The notes beneath the pieces are model-generated. The model was not told the origin of the DNA. It worked only from the letters and a program-made list of their open reading frames with translations, and did no database searches. A program made the translations under genes and the position numbers. This document shows, one piece after another, positions 38,931 through 50,790 of a DNA stretch of 64,000 nt (the first letter of the stretch is position 1; each line of letters begins with the position of its first letter). Location of the stretch: the NCBI GenBank assembly GCA_965153285.1, contig OZ229129.1. One strand, 5' to 3'. This stretch comes from Podarcis tiliguerta. Its lineage: Eukaryota.

Positions 38931-39708
38931 TTCTATTCTGGTGCCAATGAGAATAGATGGGCCCAAGAAAAAGGAAGGAGAACTCTGATGTGCTGTTTCC
39001 AGAGACTGATGATGGAAATATTGGAGCAGTTCCGAATGCGCTTCCTGTTTATAGAGCACTCTGACAGGCTTTGGTGGGCAGGATTAGGCCCACAGATAAC
39101 CAACCCTTGCTGTAGAACTACCTTAATCTGAGGATACTACTAAAAGATAATAACTCTGAGAAGTGAATTAAGATATAAATTTCTAAGAAACTGATCACAA
39201 AGGAAGAATATATTTTGCCTAATTCCAGTCCCTTTACATAAGAATATGTTTACCATTTAAGTCCCCTCTATTCTTCTGTGGAATCAAGAACAATCAGAGA
39301 CAGTTGCACCCCAAACATTTTTATTCTGAAGAAAACTTGACAGATGAGCATAAAACTCACCATATTTAGGCCAAGCAGGAATTTTCCATCAGCCAGTGGC
39401 CTTGGATTAGTTTTCAAGGCACCAATGTAGCAACATCATGAGAGAACCTCTGTGCTAGGATAATGGGCCCATTCTGTAGTGCCTCTTTCACATTCCCTAC
39501 AGCTCAGACCACAGTGACTTTTCCCTCATCGCATAGCAGAAGTAATGGCCACATAACCACTTGTAAAACTTCTTCACAACACTGGTTAACTGAACCACAC
39601 TGGTTTAACCTGTGGTTTGGATCTGACATGCCTGGGCTTACTTGTTAGTCAGAAACAGAAAAGGCATCTAATTGAAGACTATATTTGATAGATAACAACT
39701 AGACTTAC

Positions 39709-39835
39709 CTAGATAAGGAATACAGGGGACCATCTTTAAACATCTGATATATTCCCGCATCCTCTTATAATTATCTTCCTTAGACGTTAAGTAGTCTAGC
39801 TTCTCAAAGGTGGCCTTGTCTTTGCGATTCAAAAG
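39709..39835 (-). CDS. RALGPS1: RalGPS1 internal exon preceding the ANGPTL2-hosting intron
   Basis: tttttag|CTT...CTA G|gtaagt encodes [42 protein letters not shown](G); 127 nt. I did not find the next exon (IYLLDL...) in the window. Confidence 0.97.
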
Positions 39836-40792
39836 CTAAAAAAAGAAAGGTCAAGTAAAACTATTAACATTCTGCAAAATGAAAATTTAATTAGTTAGAA
39901 CACAGGAAAGCAGTAAGTTTTTTAGGCTGAATACTGTTTTGCTAAGGAGGTTAAGGGGTTGCAACAAATTTTAAACAGAATCAGCCATAACCCTGTACCT
40001 GAAATGTGGATATAGCAAACACTGTGAAGTATCTTCTCTTTTCACAATACTTTAAAAGTGTTTCATTCAATCCTGTGTGTTTCATACTACATATATCCTA
40101 CAAGTACTCCCTGTCACAGTTTTTGGAACAAGACAACAAAGCAACTTGTTTCTGCTTACACCATTGCATCTGCTCTGCTCTATTCCAATTCACCTTCCCT
40201 TCATCTATTTCAGTCATACTCTGGGCTCATCCACACTTCTGCTTGCTCAGTGCCTAGGAAGCATGGGCCCAAGGAACCACGTGGTGTGGGTTCTCAGTGC
40301 CTGGGGCACAGTGCTAAGGGGGTGGGCATGGAGGGTGGCTGCACCCATCCAAGCTCTCACCATTGACCGAGCTGCGGTTGTTTGAGTTGGTGATGAGTGA
40401 GGTGAGTGGAGGGAGAAAGGCTCAAAGCTAGAGAAGGAGGCTGCCAGAGCCTCTCACCTCTCCTCAATGGGGGCCACCTCCTCTTGGTCAGCCCAGGATG
40501 GGGGAAAGGGGCGTCAGGGTATGCAGGGGCGTCCCTTTGACGGCCACAAAGTGAAGGAGGCACTGCCATTGCCCCAACCTTGAAGGCTCGGCCCAGGTGC
40601 AGCTTGGAAAGTGAGGGAGCTTGCCATGGAAGCGCCTTGATGTGCTCCTTCACACCCTTTCAAAAACCTGCTCCTGGGGCCAGGCCCCCCAGCATTCCCC
40701 ACACTATGCTCCTGGGTCTAAGCAGTTTCCCACTTGTCCCATGCTTTCTAGGCATGGGTCCAAGTGGTTCTCTGTTTGCCCCCCCCCCCTTT

Positions 40793-40900
40793 CCCCAGGA
40801 AAACTCACTCTTTAGCACTGAATTGGTGCAAACATCAACCCACTGAAAACCCAACTGACATTTGTTCCAATTCAGTGGTAAAGATAGAGTTTTCCTGGGG
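40793..40900. repeat. Inverted repeat (MITE-like hairpin)
   Basis: ccccaggaaaactc..tctttagcactgaattgg pairs with ccaattcagtggtaaaga..gagttttcctgggg. Confidence 0.75.
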
Positions 40901-42205
40901 GGAAATGGGGGCCAAGAGGAAGTTTGGATGAGCTCTAAGTCCTACTCTGCTGCTCCTTCTGTTCTGCCTGGATCAGCAACTCAATGCTGTCTAATCTCAA
41001 ATACATCCTGATTCACAACTGCAATTTATCTCGGTATCTGATACATTCATGCACTTCCCACCCAGATTAGGAAGCTGCCCTATACCAAGCCAGACTGTTT
41101 GTTCATCTAACCTTTTATTCTCTCCTTTCACTGACAGTGGTGTTTCTCATCACTTGTTATCTGTTTAAAAATAAAGAAACCCTGAAGAAACCAGGATTTG
41201 AATCCAATACCACAGTACCACTTCTCACACCAGACTTAGCTACTCTGCTTTCCTGAGACAGACCCCCAGACCCAAGCATCAGTGGGCTACAAAAAGCCTT
41301 TTAGCTCAATATATCTTCTGGGCAGTCCACCCAATTCTACACCCACACTCTAAATGACATCTTTCCAATGCAATACAGCAAGCATATTCCACTGCAACAA
41401 AACAGGCAATTTCCTGTAATGCATACAACATCACAGCATTAACATAGTAAGACATCAGTGCACAAAAGGTTGAAAGACTCAACTTGCTCCATAAATGCAG
41501 TATGTTGGGGGTGTGAAGTTAGAAATGGCAGGTGTGCCCCTGGGGTTCAAATTAAGCACCCATGTTTTAGTTAGAACACTAGATTGGAAACAGGCAGAGG
41601 GAGCTGGGACTGGTGCAGCACTTTATGCAGCCTGCAGTGAAAAATTTAACTGGGTGTATTTCATGCATTACTTTGACATACAGACATATATATTTCAGAA
41701 ATTAAGAAATGTACACGCCTTGAAAACAGCTGCTAGTGACCTAGTGCATTACAAACCTGGCTAATCTAAGCTTTTCATTATGTGTGAAGCATCCCAAACT
41801 ATTTAAACTATTTTGTTTTCAGTTCTGAAGTTGGCTACACATGTACTAAAAGCATGTGAAATATTCCATGTGCTCCCAGTTAAGCATGCATATAAATGGA
41901 CAGTAGAATAACAAGCTTAGATATAACAAAGTTGGGAATAAATCAATGCCTGCTTGTGTTTAAATATTTCTGCCAAACTTCCATTAGCAACATGCTGAAG
42001 TTGCTGGAATTAAGCTGCCAGTTGAACAAGAACTTACTTGATATTTTAAAAATTGTTAGAATCTAATCAAGAGAATAATAGTGCTTTAGAAATAAACTGA
42101 ATAACGGTATTCTCAAAGCAAGCAAGGTTTCGTCATTTCATAGCACACAGACACTTGGGATACTGCAAGTCACTTCCCAAGGTTTTTTTTACATTGAATA
42201 CAAAT

Positions 42206-42315
42206 GGGTGTATCCAATGTCCTACTCAGAGTAGACCCATTAAAATTAATGTGCCTAAGTAAGTCATCAATTTTCATGGGTCTACTCTGAGTAGGACTAA
42301 CATCGGATACAGCCC
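42206..42315. mobile_element. Palindromic MITE with PIF/Harbinger-like GGG...CCC ends
   Basis: tcctactcagagtagacccat and atgggtctactctgagtagga form a perfect 21-bp inverted pair. Confidence 0.75.
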
Positions 42316-42809
42316 AAAGATTCGCCACAAAAATGCAAAATACTCTTCTTCACCTTATACGTATACTTAATAAGACAAAATACAGAATATTTGATCTTAC
42401 AGCAATAAGACAGTGTGTAAGTGTTTCTTCCCTCTAAAACCTGCATCCCAAGAGAACTTGAATGAATGCTATAGATGTGGCTAGCAACCACATACATATG
42501 AAGGGCACTTGACATAAATCACAGAAGAAATGTCACAGCTTTCTCATTTTCCAGGCAGTAGCACTGATGGCAAATCTACACTACTAAGTTAAAGCAGTTA
42601 TCATCTCTTTACAGAGAATTCTGGGAACTGTGGTACTGAAAGGGGGATAGGAAAGTTTGTATTTCATAACAAATAATTATCAATACTTCACTAAAATTCC
42701 CAGGTTCTTCTGAGTGAAGCCATAACAGTTAAAACCAATGCATGTTGTAACATACACATCCTGTGAGCATATGCATGAGCATTTTGCCACAGATATCCTT
42801 TGGCACCTA

Positions 42810-42978
42810 CCGTGTTTTTTGCACCATAACACTCACTTTTTTCCTCCTAGAAAGTAAGGGGAAATGTCTGTGCGTGTTATGGAGGGAATGCCTACGGGTG
42901 GCATGCCTACGGATTTTCCTCCTCTAAAAACTATGTGCGTGTTATGGTTGGGTGCGTGTTATAGAGCGAAAAATACGG
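42810..42978. mobile_element. Tc2-like mariner MITE
   Basis: ta|ccgtgttttt...aaaaatacgg|ta, with gcgtgttat repeated internally. Confidence 0.85.
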
Positions 42979-43931
42979 TACTTTGTAGAACTGCCAAGAC
43001 ATGCAGGCTGGTAAAACTATATTACTGTGTCACTCCCCACCCCCCAAAAAAATATGTATGGCTTTACCAGCAGTGAAGTTCTTATGTGATGTGACGGGGA
43101 AATACATATCTAGAGCCAAAATGTCTTAGAAGGAGGAAGGTAGCCTTGCTAAGTCGGTGAAGGAAATAAGCCAAACAAAAGGTGCCTAGTTAAACATAAA
43201 TGGAAGTGTACTTCCCTTATGTCTGAAGATTCCTAATGCGGAAAAGCAGCTCTCCTAGAGTAATCTATTCTTACTAATTGGCTGGCTGTAGCAGTTGAAA
43301 CTCATTAAATCTTTTTGCCACTATTTAAGGTTTATGTTAGGAGATAGTGTCTAAGGAGGACACAAGAGAACGTATTTTCTCTTCTGGCCACACTGAAGTT
43401 TTCTGTTCTGTAGAATCAAATAACTTTCAGTGGCAAATATTTTCAGCTGATAATTTATGTGTACTGCGATGGGGATAATAGTGGTACACTGGAAAGTCCT
43501 CCTGAAAACCACAGGTTGACATGTTTTTGGACTATTTTGTACATCTTCAAATACACGATGTGAGAAAAGGAGGGAAGCCTGTGGTTTTGGCAGACTCGCT
43601 TACAAGTGGTAGTAATCAGCATATGTGTATGTATGTCTTACCACAGGTTGCTATAAACTAGAAGACACAGGAAATTATGGAAGGATAAAGACAAAGCTTA
43701 ACACGTGATAAAACGTTACAATTTGTGCCAAAATGCAAGAGGGAATCAGCTTATGGCAAAGAAATCCCCCAGGGAGGTCCCTCTAAAATTTAGCTGCTGT
43801 GCTGTTTTTTGCTTCTTCTCTCTTTTATCATGTAGATTGACTCCTGGTGCATATTTCTTACTTTAGCCTGGATCTTTAAGGATTATGTCCTCCTTCAGAC
43901 AATAAACCACTATCACCCTTGCATACTTTAC

Positions 43932-44156
43932 CAGGGGTGCCCAAACTTTTTTCAAAGAGGGCCAGATTTGAAGTGAGCATGCATGACAGGTGACCAAAGT
44001 GGTTGACCTTTTTTACGATTTTACCCCAAAGTTGTTGAGCTTTTTTTAAGAATGGGAATTTTTGAGCTTTTTTATTTTGGGAGGATTTTACTGCCACAGG
44101 ATTAAACCGACCTGCAGACCGGATTAGGCCCCTGAAACAGACTTTGGACATGCCTG
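43932..44156. mobile_element. hAT non-autonomous element
   Basis: Ends caggggtgcccaaact and actttggacatgcctg; ctttac on both flanks. Confidence 0.75.
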
Positions 44157-44492
44157 CTTTACACAAATCAACTTTGTGTAGGGGAAACAGAAATGTACGG
44201 ATGTGGTCTTAATCTGGAAACTGAATCAGGGACATGACAACTCTTCTGTCTCAAGTCACTGTCCATTATTAAACCAGGTTATCATGTGAACTATGTGGAT
44301 AGAGAGTTTTTCTTCTTTCACAACCAGAGAGATTTGGGACAGACAAAACAGTATAAGAGCACCCCTGCTGGACCAGACCAAACCCTGCTGGACCAGACCA
44401 AGCAGGACCACAAGGATAATAGTTATTTCCTGCTGTTCTCCAGCAATTGCCATCCAGAGGCATTGCATTCATTACTGTGAAATTACTACATA

Positions 44493-44734
44493 CAGTGGTA
44501 CCTCAGGTTACATACGCTTCAGGTTACATACACTTCAGGTTATAGACTCCGCTAACCCAGAAATAGTGCTTCAGGTTAAGAACTTTGCTTCAGGATGAGA
44601 ACAGAAATTGTGCTCTGGGGGCGCGGCGGCAGCAGGAGGCCCCATTAGCTAAAGTGGTGCTTCAGGTTAAAAACAGTTTCAGGTTAAGAACGGACCTCCG
44701 GAACGAATTAAGTACTTAACCTGTGGTACCACTG
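44493..44734. mobile_element. Tc1/mariner-type MITE
   Basis: acata|cagtggtacctcaggtta...taacctgtggtaccactg|tatgt; closely similar to the copy at 60607. Confidence 0.92.
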
Positions 44735-44794
44735 TATGTTAGTCTTGACTAGTATATGTATGCAGCTAAACACTGGACACAATGTAAGAAGAGA

Positions 44795-44946
44795 TCTGCT
44801 TTTAGAAGACATCTGAAGGCAGCCCTGTTTAGGGAAGCTTTTAATGTTTACAAGACTATTGTATTTTAATACTTTGTTGGAAGCAGCCCAGAGTAGCTGG
44901 GGAAACCCAGCCAGATGGGCATGGTACAAATAATAAACTATTATTA
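44795..44946 (+). mobile_element. L2 LINE 3' end
   Basis: ttttagaagacatctgaaggcagccctgtttaggg...cccagagtagctgggg...aaataataaa. Confidence 0.75.
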
Positions 44947-44954
44947 TCAAACCA

Positions 44955-45135
44955 GGAAGCCTATCCAGTCCAGCATTCTGTTCTCACAGTAACCAACCAC
45001 ATGCCTAAAGAAAGGCCATCAGCAAAATGCACGCTAGCACCCTCCCATGTGTGATTTCCCGCAACTGGTATTCATAAGCATATTGACTATGATATGGGAT
45101 ATAATACAGCCATTATCACTACTAGGCATTGATAG
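44955..45135 (-). mobile_element. CR1 LINE 3' remnant
   Basis: tccagcattctgttctcacagt...gcaactggtattcataagcatattg...cattgatagcct is antisense to the copy at 63130. Confidence 0.65.
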
Positions 45136-47394
45136 CCTAATCCCTCTACGACTTTGTTGGCTGAACTGCTTTGATGTCATGGAATGTTTAAGGACATTGG
45201 TTCAGAATGCAAGCCATAATGAAACTGTATGCTTTGCCCACTGATAAAGGTATACATTCATGTTTAAACACAGTACAAAACCTTTATTTTAAATATATAT
45301 TTCTACTGGATGCACACAGCCACAAAGACAGATGAAGCCCTTCTGGTAAGGGTTCATCCATGTTAGCTAATAAATGCTCAATTTGTATTGAGTTGGTGAG
45401 TGTTTAATATATTTTATCAAGTTCACTGGGTTTCTAGATGTAACTTTATAGTAAAGGTGATAACTCAAGAAAAATGTCCATAAGCTTTCTAACTGTTCAA
45501 GGACAAAGCATCTGCAACAAAAACCTGGACTGATAGAGGGAATGCAGCAGTGGAGGCAAAAGAACTAAGATAGCAAGGGGATCAGGGAGGAGGAACTAAA
45601 CTCTGCATGGATTTGAAATGACTGCCAAGGTTTGATGGCAGATTTCTAGTACCTAAAATCCGAGCAGTGTAATATTCTAATTTACTGCTTATGTCACTAT
45701 GCACATTTTCCACAAGTATTCACTTCTACAAGCCAAAATACAATAAACAAACTCTATGGAAAAAGTTAAAACCTCTGTTGTGCAGAATTTGCTATTAACT
45801 CTTTATTCTTTATAATTAATACCATTATTCACTGGGCTCCAGATGTTAAAGAAAAGGGCTCCATCTTATTATAGTTGGACGCATATATCCTCTCAAAAAA
45901 ATAACATGTCATAAGAATGGAATGTTTCCGATGATCAACTGTTAACTGGGACAAGCCTTTGCCGTGCTGTAAACTCCTTCCAAAAACTGCTATCAAACTG
46001 GTTTGGCTTTTCCTCCCAACACTTTGTCAAATTCATGGCTTGAATAATTCAGAAATGTTGGTTCTTAAGCCCAGTTTTCTATATAGTTCACGTGCTTAGG
46101 CATGTGAGCAGTATCAGGAGTGACCTCCCAGTCAAGCGTGTTTCTTAGAAGAGCAACTTAGAGTCCTGCGTCTCCTTTATCTATCAACTAGAAGGCAGCA
46201 CTGCCTGGTGCCCGACACTATCCAGATATTTGAAGGGTTGGAGATGTGGAAGCTGCACATGCCATGACTGGCGAGGTTCTGCAAAAATTTCTCCTGCTTA
46301 GTGGATAGCCAGTAGGAAACTATATGAAGATATTTGACAATATGAAACAGGGCGTCACTTGTAAGGGCTTATAGTAACAGCAAGAAAATCAAACCATGCA
46401 GATTACTTTCACAGGATCTTGTGGTGCAATATCAAATAATTATAGGCAGCCTCATCACTTTCCCCCAAGCTCCTGGGGTCCAAGGCACAAGGTGAGCATG
46501 ATGGGATGTGGGAGAACTATGATATATTCCTGTTCTGGTTTCTTTCCCACATGCTAAATTTTATTGCCAAAAGGGCACAGTAAGAGCTAGGTTTCAGAGT
46601 TAGCAAAACAAATAAATAAACAAACAACCATCCTATGAGGCAGTCCATCTCTGTCTCTTGCCTTTCTACCCTTAGGATTTAGTGGAGATATGTTTTATTT
46701 TCATATCCTGACTTTTAGGGCAGGAAACTTTCAAGATTCTGTGCTACAAGATTGCTCACCTCCTTGCTCCACCCCACCCACAGCTACATCTGCCCCATAA
46801 TGCAGAAATCTGAGCAGCATACCAGTACCATATAATGGCTTTTACCAAGGAGCAGCTCTCAGCGCTATAGCTGGACACATGTGTTTCTTATATTAGCACT
46901 AGAGCTCTAGCTCTCGATCCTTAGCAAACAGACAATTTTGCAGCCCATAGCTCGTTTATCTATATCTACCGTGTAAGTTAGAAACGTAAGATTTTCATTT
47001 TAAATAATGGAGATTGAGACATTGACTAACACCACCGGGCTTAGAGCTCAGCTTGCTATGAATCTAAATGTAATTCTGATAATATCAGTTAATTCTTTGT
47101 GGCTGTAGACTCTGCAATTTGATTTGTGCTTTTGGAGCTGCAGCAAAACCAGTTCATGACTAAATCTAATCCAAGCATGAAACATCAGTTATACCTTCCC
47201 TTCTACATGATTCAGCAACAAAATGATAATCACCCATCTTTTCTCAGTGTTAATTTCTCTTGGTGCAGTGAATATGGACTGGGGAGGCTGCATTCAAATC
47301 CATTCCTGCCTATGAAGTTCATTCAACCACCTTAGACCAGTAACTATCTCATGATTATTGTGAGGATATAATGCAGTAAGCTGAACTCTTTAAT

Positions 47395-47494
47395 GTTGTT
47401 GTTTAGTCGTTTAGTCGTGTCCGACTCTTTGTTACCCCATGGACCAGAGCACGCCAGGCACTTCTGTCTTCCACTGCCTCCCGCAGTTTGGTCA
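47395..47494 (-). mobile_element. Bov-B LINE extreme 3' end with TSD
   Basis: gttgttgtttagtcgtttagtcgtgtccgactc...ccccatggaccagagcacgccagg; aactctttaat at 47384-47394 and 47495-47505. Confidence 0.9.
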
Positions 47495-48010
47495 AACTCT
47501 TTAATATACAAACATAAATCTCCTCCCGCTAATCTGGTTTGCCTTCCTTTCCATACAGACACCACACTAAAGACTATTCATGTGTTTCCTATGCCTAATG
47601 AACAAGCTACTGTACTAGCCATCTCTTAACAAAATGTATCAGTCCCCTTTCATAGAAATCTGGAGCATTTCTGAGAAGTGTACAGCCTTGATTTACTTAT
47701 TTAAATGTGAACATCTATGGTATCTGTGGTATTTGATTAGTGGTGTTTGACTTGACCAAACACCATCTGTCACTTCATGAACTACACTTTAGAATTTCTC
47801 TTCTCGTAAGAGTAGCTGCATTTCCAGTGTCTCCTAATTCTCAAGCACACATAAATAGTTATTTCTTCTTTATCAGTTATAAGTCAGCTACAGGAGAAGA
47901 GGAAGCAAAGTAACCTAGTATTTGCTACAGAGTGGATTGGGAGTGATCCAATGGTTGGAGGGGTATTCATGAAGGATCACTCCATGGTGAGGGGAATTGC
48001 TTTACCTGTA

Positions 48011-48377
48011 AAGATAAAGGTAAAGGGACCCCTGACCATTAAGTCCAGTTGCGGATGACTCTGGGGTTGCGCACTCATCTCGCTTTATTGGCTGAGGGAG
48101 CTGGTGTTTATCCGCAGACAGCTTCCAGGTCATGTGGCCAGCATGACTAAGCAGCTTCTGGCAAACCAGAGCAGCGCACAGAAACGCCATTTTACCTTCC
48201 CGCTGGAGCGGTACCTATTTATCTACTTGCACTTTGACGTGCTTTCGAACTGCTAGGTTGGCAGGAGCAGGGACTGAGCAGCGAGAGCTCAGCCCATCAT
48301 GGGGATTTGAACTGCCAACCTTCTGATCAGCAAGCCCTAGGCCTCTGTGGTTTAGACCACAGTGCCACCCGCGTCCC
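48011..48377 (-). mobile_element. Sauria SINE, full length with 14-bp TSD
   Basis: Complete head, core and tail; ttgctttacctgta at 47997-48010 and 48378-48391. Confidence 0.95.
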
Positions 48378-48959
48378 TTGCTTTACCTGTAGTGGGCCCC
48401 AAAGGAGAGTGAAGACTGCAGTTCCATGTCAGAAGAGGATAATACAACTTCCTTGAATGGGGAGGTAGTAGTACCATGGGTTCATCTTGCAGAAATGCTT
48501 CCAGTTTTCTCCCCCCCCCCCCACTGGCTCAAAGGACAATTCCCTCTCTCGTTCTGGCCTCATCCCTCAAATAAGGGGCATAAGCCCAGGGTAATGGCAT
48601 GGATGACATTCCTGGCAATATGGCTCACACACCTGTTGAGGCCCTAGTCTTGCTGTAGAATGGCAAGATGGAGACACCAAGCAAAAACAATTATTCAAAA
48701 GTGCTACCACTGATTTCATGGAATTGGGAAGGTACCTTAGCTTCCTGAAGAGCTCCAGACAGTGAAGCAGGCCGACCAATGGTTAGAGTGTAGGTAGCAT
48801 AGGTTTTGCTACAAAAATGATCAAACATAGTTAAGAGTGCATAATTGCACCTAGCATGGGGTGGTGGCAGCAAAGGCATCCACTGAGTCCTTGGTGAAGT
48901 GCCCAGAAGAGCTGCTTCATGCCATGAAGCAGCTGGTTTAGTCCAGCTCAGTTTCAGAC

Positions 48960-49650
48960 ACAAGCAACTATGCAGCCGTCTTCTGTGACAGAATTGCAAA
49001 GCATTTTGAGGTCAAAAATCCTCCTACTCCTTCCAGACTTGGTGCCACAGCTACTGCAGGTCTATTGGAGGCCAACAGAGCACCATCTGGTCAGAGATTA
49101 TAGAATTAGTCTCAGTTACTGTAGCCTGAGAATGTAGAGAAGATGCTTCCTTGACCCTTTCACAGCTGGTAATATCTAGCAGGGAGAGACAGCATGGGTC
49201 CAGGAAGTGATTCACTACAGGCAGAGTAACACCCTCCACTACCAAATTAGTGGCACAACCCCTCCTGAACAGACAAATCCCTGGTCCCAGTCTACTGATG
49301 CCCACTCTCAAACATTCCCTTCTTGGGCAACATCATCAAGAGTAGTGGCCAGCAAGCTGCAGGTGTGCCTGGAAGAAGCAGCCTATCTGGACCCATTTCA
49401 ATCTGGCTTCAGATCTGGTTTTGACACCAAAACAGCATTGATTATCCTGACTGATAAGTATTACCAGGAGACAGAGGGAGTTCAATCCTGTTGATTCCCC
49501 TAGATCTCTCTGCGGCTTTTCACACCATTAAACATGGTGTCAATCTGGAGCAACCCAGAGGGTTGCCACTGTATTAAACGAACTCCACACCTACCTGCAA
49601 GGTTGCTACCAAAGAGTAGCATTGTGGGACTGCTGCTCAGTTCCATGGTT
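48960..49650 (+). mobile_element. L2 LINE RT remnant
   Basis: Encodes YLDPFQSGFRSGFDTKTALIILTD followed by DLSAAFHTIKH. Confidence 0.8.
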
Positions 49651-50040
49651 TTTAGCAGAAATGGTTACTACTGCACATGGCAGAATTTTATTCTTTGACA
49701 TTTTCATTTTTGTATTATTAACTCTGATGTTCTATGGCCATCCTGGGCTCCCCTTAGAGCAGGGTGGTCCAACTTTTCATAGCAAATGGGCCACCAGAGT
49801 ACTTCAACACAGAACCCGTGGAACACATACTGCCTTATTGTGTGTGGTAGGGGGAGTGAAGCCAAAATTTGATACTCCCCCAGCCCAGAGCCATAGCTAG
49901 GTGATCTTGTGTCCCTGGCAGAAGTGTCCAGATTGCACCCCCTAGCCAAGGACAAATTAGCTCTTTTTTCCTCCTCTCCTCCAACCCCCCTCCACCCATT
50001 TAATTCCTCACGCACTTCACCTTTCGCAGAAAATCCAATA

Positions 50041-50790
50041 TTTAATTTATTATTTCTTAATAAAAGGTTTCAACAAAGAAAATGACATTTTGATGTCAGT
50101 TGACAGGTTCTTTTTATGTAATTCAGTTGTAAAACAATACACAGATAGGCCTAAATGAAACATACAAACAATATCATATTGATTTGTTCCACAATGATAA
50201 CTTTACATTATAATACTATAAGATGTAAAATGTCATTACTTCTGCAATATCTGTGTTATTTGGTTTTTATAAAGTAAGAAAGATATTATTATTATTCACA
50301 AGTCACAAGTTTTGAACCAATTCTTATAGTATTAATCCAGACAAAGGGGTGTTTTCTTTGTAAAAGTCTTTAAGCCAAAACAGGCCCACATTTTCCCATT
50401 TTTCAAAGGGGGATGTTCTGTCTCTGCTATAGAAAGTAGGGTGAAATGCCAATGGTATTACAGGAGAAGGCTGAGAGGCCACCCGTGGGAACCATTTCTT
50501 CCAAACTTTTAGATTATATAATAAAAAGGGGTTTTCTATCTAAAAAAAAAAAAAAAAAATTTAATTCACCAAAATAGGTCCCCTCTTATTGAATTCTGAT
50601 CATTTGGGTTTTCCATATTTAGCCAAGCTATTTGTTGAGCTCCTTGAATTACCAAAAAAATGCTATGTAGATGTGCTGCTGCATAGTACCACATGATATT
50701 AGGTACTGCCATGCCACCTCCTTTGGCTGGTTGATATAATGCTTTATATGGTAACCTTGGCTTTTTATTCTGATGTATAAATTTTAGAAT
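50041..50790 (-). mobile_element. L1/Tx1-clade LINE 3' remnant
   Basis: KPRLPYKALYQPAKGGGMAVPNIMWYYAAAHL is a post-RT L1 ORF2 motif. AT-rich tail near 50041. Confidence 0.75.

Noticed and set aside
44357-44401. Tandem ccctgctggaccagaccaa duplication
   Set aside because: Two-copy local slippage with no sign of function.
48290-48377. tRNA gene (A/B boxes on the - strand)
   Set aside because: It is the tRNA-derived head of a Sauria SINE with a TSD.
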